Below, piece after piece: positions 22,278 through 32,400 of a stretch of DNA of 64,000 bases. The translations under genes and the position numbers were made by a program. The notes beneath the pieces were generated by a model, which did not search any database, had not been told where the DNA came from, and saw only the letters and a program-made list of their open reading frames with translations. This DNA comes from Rebecca billardiae RCC1528 (taxonomy: Eukaryota; Protista; Haptophyta). Each line of letters starts with the position of its first letter. Position 1 is the stretch's first letter. The DNA is taken from NCBI GenBank assembly GCA_965240325.2, contig OZ251228.1:1488001-1552000 (forward strand), given 5' to 3'.

Positions 22278-23651
22278 CTATGCGACTGGAGCCAAGCCGA
22301 TCCGAGCATTGCCGACGTCGAAGACGGTGTAGTACTGGCGGATGAAGACATCGCCCAATATCCAGAAGTCAATCGACACCTCAGCCGCCGGCAAAGGAGA
22401 CAAGCCCATGATGCACGTGTCGGGCTGGCCTTTTGCCCCGGGGACCTTCAGAATGTAGGCTTCTGGCTTGAGGGCGAAGGTGTGGCCGGAGAGGGTGATC
22501 TGGATGTCGGGTAGCCCTGCCACGGACGTGCAGTCGACCTCGAGCAGATTGGTGGGGTGCACCATCTTTGCGCGCGTCATGCGCACGACCGCATCGATCG
22601 CGGCCGGCGGGGCTGCGATGAGGCTCGTGCCCGTGTCAATGATGGCGTTCGTGCCCGACGCGATCACCTCCCCTGCCATCGTGACGGAGTCGAGCGGAGT
22701 CTCCCAGTATGCTTCCTTCGTGACTGGCACGTGCCTCAGCGGCGGCACGTAGTGCTTCGGGTCGAGCCCGCCGAGCGTGAGCTCACCCGGCGCGTTGTCG
22801 CCCAAGTAGAAAGCGAACACCGCGTCCTGCAGCGCGCCCTGGTTGACCAGGCTCTGGAACACGGGCGTCGCGCCGTCGGCCGCCATGTTTGGGAAGGCCA
22901 TGCCCATGATGCCGGAGAATTTGGCGACGGCGAGGATGGGAGCGACGTCGTACATCACCTCGAGGCCCTGCTGCTTCGCCTGGAAGCCCGCGACATTGAC
23001 AGTGTCCGTCGCAAACGTGCCGTTGGCGCTGCCCGTACCATACCGGATGGCCACGCGCTTGTGCGTCGGCCTGAACGTGGAAGACTTTGACGGAGAGAAG
23101 GTCTCCTTCGATGTGCAAGCCGAGCCGCACCCGCTGCCCAACGCCCACAGGTCGGACGAGCCTGTATCAAACAGCACCGTCACTTCTTGCGGAGGCGTGC
23201 CAATCGAGATCTCACCGAAATACTCGGCATTGGCGAAGTCGGTGATGACGAGGGAGTGGCCAATCGTGTGGATGGCCATGGGCGTGAGGTGCGCGGAGAG
23301 GTTCTGGCCGCCGGCGTCGCCGCTCATCCGCTGCTGGATCACGCGGTGCGTGAGTGGCATCTTCTTGTGCAGGGGGACGCGCGCGGACGGCAGGCCGTAG
23401 CTCGTCCTCGCCCTTGTCGCTTTTGCCGCCGACCTCGTGTGCTCGGGCGGCTCGGAAGGCGCGGCCATTCTCGTCGTGATGATGACCAATAGCGCGCACA
23501 GCGTCAGGACGACGGCAAGGAAGGCCATCGGCCCGGCCATGCCCGCGCGTCGCGCCATAGGGGGGGTGTTCGGGGCGTACTGTACGCCGGGCGGATTGAC
23601 GGTCACAGCGGCGGGATCAAGACCGGCGGTTCGTCCATCGTCAATCGTCAT
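22278..23651 (-). CDS. Aspartic protease, family A1 (pepsin/cathepsin D-like), with N-terminal signal anchor
   Basis: Catalytic motifs VLFDTGSSDLW and AIIDTGTSLI; EYFGEISIGTPPQ, IRYGTGS flap, WILGDVFIRQYYTVFD. Hydrophobic AFLAVVLTLCALLVIIT. Start may be a downstream Met. Confidence 0.96.
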   Translation of the reverse strand: MTIDDGRTAGLDPAAVTVNPPGVQYAPNTPPMARRAGMAGPMAFLAVVLTLCALLVIITTRMAAPSEPPEHTRSAAKATRARTSYGLPSARVPLHKKMPLTHRVIQQRMSGDAGGQNLSAHLTPMAIHTIGHSLVITDFANAEYFGEISIGTPPQEVTVLFDTGSSDLWALGSGCGSACTSKETFSPSKSSTFRPTHKRVAIRYGTGSANGTFATDTVNVAGFQAKQQGLEVMYDVAPILAVAKFSGIMGMAFPNMAADGATPVFQSLVNQGALQDAVFAFYLGDNAPGELTLGGLDPKHYVPPLRHVPVTKEAYWETPLDSVTMAGEVIASGTNAIIDTGTSLIAAPPAAIDAVVRMTRAKMVHPTNLLEVDCTSVAGLPDIQITLSGHTFALKPEAYILKVPGAKGQPDTCIMGLSPLPAAEVSIDFWILGDVFIRQYYTVFDVGNARIGLAPVA

Positions 23652-23704
23652 TGATCACCACGTGTTGTCTTGCCATGCTTGGCAGTGGGGTGCAGTCTTA
23701 GCTC

Positions 23705-25303
23705 ATGGCGGCGGACGCTTCCGCGGCGGTCAGGCTCCTCTGGCGCAAGTCGGGGCGCGGCGACGCGCGTGCGACGTTCCTTCTGGCGCGGCGGGCGAAG
23801 GATGGCGACGGCATCGCGCAGGACGAGCGTGAAGCCTTCCGCCTGTACAACCTCGCCGCTGAGCGCGGCTTTGCCGAGGCGCAGACGAGAATGGGCGACA
23901 TCTGCCGGACAGGCGAGCTCGGTCAGCCCGTGGACCTCGAGGCAGCCGTGCGCTGGTTCCGGCTGGCGGCCGAGCAGGGCTTTGCCCAAGCGCAGTGCAA
24001 TCTGGGCATGTGCTACGCGCGCAGCACGGGTGTGCAGCAGGATATGGGCGAGGCAGTGCGCTGGTTCCGGCTGGCGGCCGAGCAGGGCTTTGCTCAAGCG
24101 CAGTTCGGTCTGGGCATGTGCTACGAGTACGAGCAAGGCTCGGGTGCGCAGCAGGATATGGACGAGGCGGCGCGCTGGTACCGACTGGGGGCCGAGCAGG
24201 GCGATGCTGAAGCGCAGTGCAATCTGGGCGCGTTCTATGCGCAAGGCACAGGTGTGCAGCAGGATTGGGTCGAGGCAGCGCGCTGGTACCGGCTGGCAGC
24301 CGAGCAGGGCTGTGCTCAAGCGCAGAGCAATCTGGGCGGGTGCTACGCGCAAGGCGATGGTGTGCAGCAGGATTGGGTCGAGGCAGCGCGCTGGTACCGG
24401 TTGGCGGCTGAGCAGGGCGATGCTCAAGCGCAGCGACAGCTGGGCGCGTGCTACAAGCAAGGCAAGGGTGTGCAGCAGGATTGGGGCGAGTCGGCGCGCT
24501 GGTACCGGCTGGCGGCCGAGCAGGGCGATGCTCAAGCGCAGTGCGATTGGGGCTGGTGCTGCGCGCACGGCGAGGGTGGCGTGCAGCAGAATTGGGGCGA
24601 GGCAGTACGCTGGTACCGGCTGGCGGCCGAGCAGGGCTGCGCTGCGGCGCAGAGCCGTCTGGGCGCGTGCTACGCGCAAGGCACGGGTGTGCAGCAGGAC
24701 TTGGGCGAGGCGGCGCGCTGGTTCCGGCTGGCCGCCGAGCAGGGCAATGCTCCAGCGCAGTTTACTCTGGGCTCGAGCTACGAGCACGGCCAGGGTGTGC
24801 AGCAGGACTGGGGCGAGGCGGCGCGCTGGTACCGGCTGGGGGCGGAACAGGGCTTTGCTGAAGCGCAGTTGAACCTGGGCGCGTGCTACGCGCAAGGCGA
24901 GGGTGTGCAGCAGGATTGGGCCCATGCGGCGCGCTGGTACCGCTTGGCTGCTGATGGCGGGAGCGCAACTGCACACATCGCGATGGGACCGCTGACGCTG
25001 CTGGGCGCTGGAGTGGAGCGTGACGTGGAGGAGGGCGCGCGGCTGCTGCGCCGTGCCCAAGAGCTCGATCCCGACCTCAGAGATGCAGCGTGCGATGTGC
25101 TGGCTGGGTTCGCTGGAGTGCGTGAGGTGGTCTCCCAGTGCTGCATCACCTGCGCACAGACAGGCCGTGGTCTGAAGAAGTGCGAGCGGTGCCACGTGGC
25201 AGTCTTCTGCTCGCGTGAGCACCTGCGCAGCTCGTGGAAGGTGCACAAGCCACACTGCATCGAGTGGTGCGCACAGGCAGCAGGTGCGAATGAAGACGGA
25301 TGA
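23705..25303 (+). CDS. Sel1-like repeat protein with C-terminal MYND zinc finger
   Basis: About 11 repeats of ~36 aa (AQxNLGxCYAQGxGVQQDWxEAARWYRLAAEQG); C-terminal CITC...LKKCERCHVAVFCSREHLRSSWKVHKPHC. Confidence 0.93.
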   Translation: MAADASAAVRLLWRKSGRGDARATFLLARRAKDGDGIAQDEREAFRLYNLAAERGFAEAQTRMGDICRTGELGQPVDLEAAVRWFRLAAEQGFAQAQCNLGMCYARSTGVQQDMGEAVRWFRLAAEQGFAQAQFGLGMCYEYEQGSGAQQDMDEAARWYRLGAEQGDAEAQCNLGAFYAQGTGVQQDWVEAARWYRLAAEQGCAQAQSNLGGCYAQGDGVQQDWVEAARWYRLAAEQGDAQAQRQLGACYKQGKGVQQDWGESARWYRLAAEQGDAQAQCDWGWCCAHGEGGVQQNWGEAVRWYRLAAEQGCAAAQSRLGACYAQGTGVQQDLGEAARWFRLAAEQGNAPAQFTLGSSYEHGQGVQQDWGEAARWYRLGAEQGFAEAQLNLGACYAQGEGVQQDWAHAARWYRLAADGGSATAHIAMGPLTLLGAGVERDVEEGARLLRRAQELDPDLRDAACDVLAGFAGVREVVSQCCITCAQTGRGLKKCERCHVAVFCSREHLRSSWKVHKPHCIEWCAQAAGANEDG

Positions 25304-25758
25304 AGGCGATGAAGCCTGACTGAGGATGGAAGGAAGCAGGGGGGACGGTGAGGAGGTTCCTCGTCACTGAGGTATCTGGCTCCGGCTTCGCCCCCCCCCC
25401 AGCCCGGTCACTGGAGCGTTACGTCTTATAGACACTGCAATCGGCGGGATCGCCGCCTCTGACCGTGACGACCTACAAGCCGCGTTATTAACTATACGGC
25501 GTCCGGTACTCGTAACGCGTAGCCGCGTAAGGCGAGTAGCTACTGCGTCAGCACTCACGGCAGCCACTCAGTAGTCAGTGACAGCCGAGAGTGTCACGGA
25601 CCGTGGCGGATTATATATATATCATCAGCGTCAACACTCACGGCAGTACGGTAGTTCACAGTACGGCCGGGAAGCTGATAGCCCAGACGACGAGCTCACC
25701 AACCTACTTGCGAACGACGCCGTAGCTTCAAAGGCGAGCAGACAATGGCGGAGGTGCA

Positions 25759-26445
25759 CTACACGGATGACGAGCCGCCGCGCATCCAGCCAAGCCCAAA
25801 GAGCCCGCCACCTCTGGGCTGCTCCGCCTGCTGGGCCGGTGGCGCCTCGGGAGGCGGCTGCGGCGGTGCAGACGGCGGCTGGCTTCGCCCTGGCACGGGT
25901 CGTGACGCGGCCGGCTCCGAGGGCCTGCTCGTCCTCGAAGCTCGGCCCGGCGGCGACTTGGGCGCTTGCGGTGCTGTCCGGTGCCGTGGCTCGCTTTCCC
26001 GTGCAGGCCGGGCTCCAGGCACGCTCAAGAGCCCACTCGGCCTTGCCGATCGGGCGGTCGTCGACTCAGCAGGCTGCGACGACGAGCACGGCTCGCTTTG
26101 CCGGACCGGCCGCCGCGTGCCCGCGGGCTGTGCACCAGCCTGCGGCGCTAGCGGCGCACCCAAAGCCAGCGGGGACCTTGCACTCGTCGCGCCCGCAGCC
26201 AGCGCGGGCCGCAGCGGGCTGGAGCGGACTGCGGGCGACCGAGCCTGGGGCGGCGTCGCGGAGGTGCGCGCCGAGCGTGATAGGGGCGGCGTCGACGCGG
26301 AAGAGCGCGCGGCCAGGGGCGACATGACCGGCGGCGACGAGTTCGACGTCTGGCCCGAAGCCTGCTGCACCGCAACCGCGCCCGTCATTGGCAAGTCGCC
26401 TCGCACGGGCACGGCTCGGCTGCTGTCAAGGCAGGCCGCTGCCGA

Positions 26446-26476
<31 letters not shown>

Positions 26477-29400
26477 TGCCTCTGCGTGCCCGGCGTGAGC
26501 GATGTGAAGGGCTTGGCCCCCTTGCCCGTGAGCGCACTGAGCACGGACGGCCTGTCGCGCTGGGGCCGCTGCTCGACCCGGACGGGCGCCTCCTCAATGG
26601 AGCCGCTCAGCCGATACGCAGCGGCAGCGCCGTCCTCGTCCTTCTGTGAGTTGGGTGTCGCGCGCGCGCGGGCAGGTGGCGGGTGGCGCGCGTGCGCGGG
26701 GGCGTCAGCGCACGGGGCTCGGCCGCTCATCGCGGAGGTGCACGGTGGTGCCCGCCGTGCGGCCGCACGTGACGCATCGCGCCCGCGGCACGCGCGAGCA
26801 GGACAGCTCCGAGCGGTGCGCCGCGCACCTTGCGATCCCTCGCGTAGCGCACGGCGAGGACGAGGAGCAAAATGCAGCAGCAGCAGCCCACGAGGGCGAT
26901 GAAGGCCACGATCGCCACCTGCAAGGGACGCGCCGCGCAGCCGTGGCGCACGCGCGGCGAAGCCAGCCAGGCGCGCGAGCGTGAGCGGCGCGCACGCCGA
27001 GCGCTCAATGGCGCGCACACGCCCGGCGGGCGGTGCGCGCGCCGCGCGCCGCGCGCCGCGCGCCGCGCGCCGCGCCAACTCTTCCTACCTGGCCTTCAAA
27101 TGACACGGTGCGCGACACGTTCTGGCCGAGCAGGCCCTGGTCGGTCGGCGGCGGAGACGCGGGCTGGGCGGGCGGAGGCGAAGGCGGCGGGGGGTTAGAC
27201 GGGTTTGGCGGCGGCGGCGGGCTCGGCGGTGGGCTCGGCGGGCTTGGGGGCGACGGCGGCGGCGCTGGTGGGGATGGCGGTGAAGGCGGCGACGGCGGCG
27301 GTGATGGCGGCGCCGGCGGCGGAGTTGGTGGGGGCGATGGAATCGATGGCGGCGAGGGAGGCGGCGTCGGCGGTGGTGGGCTTGGCGGGCTCGGTGGCGG
27401 GCGGCTCGGCGGCATCGGCGGCTGCGGCGGCGGCGAGAATAAGTCGCAGCTCCCGTCGTTGTACGTCGCGGTCGGGTTGTAGTTGCGCGCCAGCACCGCC
27501 GTACAGCCACCGAACACACAACTGCCGTCCGACACGGTGGCGATCGGGTCGTAGTTCTCCGCGGCCGGGTCGGTGCAGCCGCGGAAGTTGAACTCGCACG
27601 TGTCGGTCACGGTGGCGGTCGGGTTGTAGTTGCTCGCGGCCGTGTTGGCGCAGCCGACGTACTGGCAGTTGGCCGCCGCGATCACCGCGTCCGAGCGGTA
27701 GTTGACCGCCTCCGTGTCCATGCAGCCAACGACGAGGAAGGTGCATGCAGCGGGCGCGTTGGCGGTCGAGTCGTAATTGGTCGCTGTCGGCTCGAGGCAG
27801 CCGAGGAAGAGGCACTGCGAGAAGTCGAGCTGCGTGACTGACGAGTCGTAGTTGGACGCGCTCAGCACGCTGCACCCGACCACCTCGGGAGTGCACGAGC
27901 CGTTGTCGACAGTCGCGCCCGAGAAGTAGTTCTGCGCGCCCACGTCCGTGCAGCCGGGTACGACGCACGTACCGTCGTCGGCAGTCGCGCTCGAGTCGTA
28001 GTTGTCCGCGCTCGGCGCGGTGCAGCCGAGCACGGGGCACACGCAGCCGCCATCGTTCACCGTCGCCGTCGGATCGAAGTTAGTGCAGCCAGATGTTGTG
28101 CAGCCGAGGTAGGCGCATGAGCCGTCGTCCAGGTTCGCGTCCGAGTCGAAGTTCTGCGCGGCCGGATCGATGCAGCCAGTGACGGGCAGCACGCAGAAGC
28201 CGTCGGGTGCGTTCGCTGTCGAGTCGTAGTTGAACGCGATCGGGTTCATGCAGCCAAAGTAGGCGCAGTTCCCGTCGACGTCAGAGCGCGACTCGTAGTT
28301 GTCAGCGGCGGGGTCGAGGCAGCCCACCACGGCGATGTCCACGCAGTCGTTCGAGTCGACGGTCGCGAGCGAGTTGTAGTTGGCCGCGAGCGAGTTGAGG
28401 CAGCCGGTGACCACGCAGCTGCCGTCGTCCGTCGCGGCGAGGGAGTCGTAGTTGTCCGCGCGCGAGTCGGTGCAGCCGTTGACTAGGAAGACGCATGAGC
28501 CAGCGTCATTCACCGTGGCCGTCGAGTCGTAGTTGGCCGCCACCGTCGAGCGGCAGCCCGCGTACTGGCACGAGCCGTCGTCCGTGTCGGCCGCGGCGGC
28601 GAAGGTGATCGAGGCCGAGTCGGTGCAGCCCAGCTTGGCGTAGACGCAGCTGCCGTCGTTCTGGTTGGCGGTCGAGTCGTAGTTCTTCGCGTCGGTCAGC
28701 GTGCACCCGGGCAGCGCGCAGCTGCCGTCGTCGACCGTCGCGAACGACTCGTAGTTGAGAGCGTCGGTGTGTACGCAGCCGGGGATGGCGCCGGTGCACT
28801 TGCCGTCGTTCACCGTGGCGCGCGAGTCGTAGTTGTCCGCCTGCGGGATCGTGCACCCCTTCACGACGCACGAGCCGTCGTCGATGTTCGCCTGCGCGTC
28901 GAAGTTGTTCGCCGCCGAGTCGGTGCAGCCGTGCACGAGGAACGCGCACGAGCCGTCGTTGAAGGTCGCGGCCGAGTTGAAGTTGTCTGCGGCCGGGTTG
29001 GTGCAGCCTGCGAGCGCGCACGTGCCGTCGTCGAGGACGGCGCACGAGTCGAAGTTGTCGAAGAGAGAATCGGTGCACCCGCTGACCGGCATGATGCAGG
29101 AGCCGTCGTCGGCGTTTGCAGTCAAGTCAAAATTGATGGCGGCCGAGTCGATGCAGCCGAGATGGCGGTACGTGCACGTGCCGTCGTCCTGGTTGGCGTC
29201 GGCGTTGAAGTTGATAGCCAGCGTGTCAGTGCAGCCGGGGACGCTGTACGTGCACACGGTCGAGCCCTGCGAGGTCGCATTCACGTTGTAGTTGGTGGCG
29301 AGCGGGTCCACGCAGCCGATCACGTCAAACTCGCACGAGCCGTCATCCACGTTCGCGCGCGCGAAGAAGTTGGTCGCGTTGGTCTGCGTGCAGCCGAGCG

Positions 29401-32400
29401 TCTGGCAGCTCTGGTCATTCACGGTGGCATCAGAGTCGTAGTTGTCCGCGCTCGCGTCGGTGCAGCCCGGCACGGGGCACGCCGGGATGCCGTAGTGCTC
29501 CTGGAGCTCGTTGGTGGCGCACGCCTGCAGCTGGCGGCCTGGCTCAGCGCGCGCGAGTCCGCGCCGCGCGCGCAAGCCGCTCGCGCCCGGACCCTGCCAC
29601 CTGTCCACGTGTGTCCGCACAGCCACCGCGAGGGTGTTCGCGACAGCCGCGAGCTCCTGCGGACTCGGCCCCGTGCTGACCTGCAGGCCAACCGCGTCAC
29701 GCACCGCGTGGACGACGTCAAGCACGGCGCTCGCGTTCGCAAGGACCGACTCGACCATCTCGCCGCCGCCGGGCGTGGTCAGGCACAGGCTCGTCAGCAT
29801 GTCGAGTGCGCCCTGCTCGCTCGTGCGCAGCGACACGTACGGCCCGAAGAGCTGCACGGCGAGGTCGAGCAGCTCGGCGACCACGACGGATGCGCGTATC
29901 ACGTGCAGCGAGCGCGTGTCACCCGCCACGTACTCGCGCAGCGGGCGGTACCGCAGGATGTCCGTCTCCTCGTAGTAGTCGAAGCAGCGGAAGAGGTTGA
30001 GCTGCGCCTGCTCGTCCGCGACCGCCGTCGGCCAGTTGGGCAGCATGTGCATGTACAGCGTGGTGAGCGGCGACACGACGAGCGCGTTGAGCGGCGCGCG
30101 CATCGAGAAGTGCAGAGACTCGCTGCTGATCGTGTCGCGGCACTGCGTCGACGCTCCCACGTACAGCGTCGCCTCGCGGCTGCGGTAGGAGAGCTCAAAG
30201 CCGCCGCTCACGTCGCTGGTCGCGCGCCCGACGCGCGTGCCGTCCGCCAGCACAGCCTCGACGAGGCACTGCCGGCGCGGCGCGACCGACTGGACCACGG
30301 CGCGCGAGTACTCAAACGAGCACTCCGATGGCGACGGAATGTCCGCCGACGGGTTGTAGTTGATCGCGCTCGACTGCATGCAGCCCTTGTACTTGCACGG
30401 GCTGTACCGCGTCGCGCCGGCCACGTAGTTGGTCGCGAGCGAGTCGCGGCAGCCGTAGATGTGCTCGACGCACGAGCCGTCGTCGAAGGTGGCGAGGTTG
30501 TTGAAGTTACGCGCGTTCGGGTCGGTGCACCCGCCGATGATGCACGTCGAGAGCGCAAACTCGATGTTGGCCGCCGAGTTGTAGTTGGAGGCAGCTGGCT
30601 TGGTGCAGCCGTACACCTTGGCCACGCAGCTGCCGTCGTCCACGTTGGCGGACGCGTCGTAGTTGAGCGAGTTGCGCGCGGTGCACCCAGGGCGAGCAGC
30701 CACGCAGCCGCCGTTGTCCTGCGTCGCGGCCGAGCGGTAGTTGAGCGCACTCGGGTCGGTGCAGCCGAGCACGGGGAAGACGCAGCCGCCGCCGTCGACC
30801 GTCGCGCTCGAGTCGTAGTTGGTCGCACCGGTCGAGAGGCAGCCTGGGTAGTTGTACGTGCACGAGCCGTCGTCCGTGTTGGCGGCGGGCAGGAAGTTGA
30901 GCGCGAGCGAGTCTGTGCAGCCGTCGACGGCGAACGCGCAGCTGCCGTCGTTCACGGTGGCGCTCGAGTCGTAGTTGAGCGCACGCGTCGACATGCAGCC
31001 TAGCACGGCGTACACGCACGCTGCGGCGATGTTTGCATCCGCGCGGAAGTTGATCGCCGCCGAGTCGGGGCAGCCGCGCACGGGGAGCACGCACGAGCCG
31101 GGGAGCAGCGTGTTCGCCAGCGAGTTGTAGTTGAGCGCCGTCGGATCGGTGCAGCCGGTGACGACGACGACGCAGTCGCTCGGCGTGCGCTCCGTGTTGG
31201 CGCGCGAGTCGTAGTTGGTCGCGGCAGGGTCTGTGCAGCCGAGGCGCGCCAGCACACACGGCGTGTCGCCCGTCTGCACGGTGGCCTCCGAGTCGTAGTT
31301 GAGGGCGAGCGGGTTGCGGCAGCCCGCGACGCGTAGCACACACGCCGCGGGGTCGTCGGAGCCCTCCGCGTTGAAGTTGAGCGCGTCCGGGTTGGTGCAG
31401 CCAACGTCGGTGCTGAACGTGCACGAGCCATCGTACACCGTCGCGAGCGAGTTGTAGTTGTCCGCCAGCGTGTGCGTGCAGCCCTCAATCTCGTACAGGC
31501 ACTCGGCGGGCACCACAGCGTCTGAGCGGTAGTTGATCGCAGAGGAGTCGAAGCAGCCGCGCAGCGCAAACGTGCAGTTGCCGTCGTTCGCCGTGGCGTA
31601 CGAGAGGTAGTTGACGGCCGTTGGCACGTTGCACCCGAAGATGACGCACGCGCCGCCGTCCACCGTAGCGAGCGGGTCAAAGTTGGATGCACGAGAGTCG
31701 GTGCAGCCGACGCGCGGGAAGGAGCACGAGCCCGCGAGGAACCGATTTGCGGTGGAGTCGTAGTTGTCCGCGCTCGTCGACGTGCAGCCGTAGTAGAGGC
31801 AGCCGCCGTCGTCCTGCGTCGCGTCCGAGTCGTAGTTGGCCGCGCCGGGCGAGGTGCAGCCGGCGCAGCTCGTGAAGTCGCAGTCGGCCGCGCTGCTCAT
31901 CAGCGTCGCGCTCGGGTCGTAGTTGCACGCGGCCGTGCGCGTGCAGCCAAGCACCTCGTACACGCACGTGCCCTCCTCCGTGTCCGCCGCGCTGTCGAAG
32001 TTGACCGCGCTCGAGTCGGTGCAGCCCAGCTTGTACGGCAGGCACGAATCGTACTCGGTGGCGGTCGAGTCGTAGTCGGCCGCCCACGAGTCGGTGCAGC
32101 CGGAGTAGCCGTACTCGCAGACGACGTCCTCCGGCTGCGTCGTCGCGTCCGGCCGGAAGTTGAGCGCGGTCGAGTCGAGGCAGCCCGGCACCGGGTACAC
32201 GCAGCAGCCCGCCGTGGCACAGCGGAAGGCGAGTGAGTCGTAGTTGGCCGCGACCGGGTCGACGCAGCCGGTGCGAGGTGGGGGCGACGGCGGCGGCATC
32301 GGCGGCGGCGATGGCGACGGCGGTGGGCCCGGTGGCGGGCTCGGCGGTGGTGCTGGTGGCGGGCTCGGCGGTGGCGGCGGGAGCGGGCTCGGAGGGGGTG

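Noticed and set aside
10624-23651. Possible biosynthetic cluster (GT61, 2OG oxygenase, methyltransferase, protease)
   Set aside because: No scaffold-forming enzyme, unrelated genes are interspersed, and predicted compartments differ.
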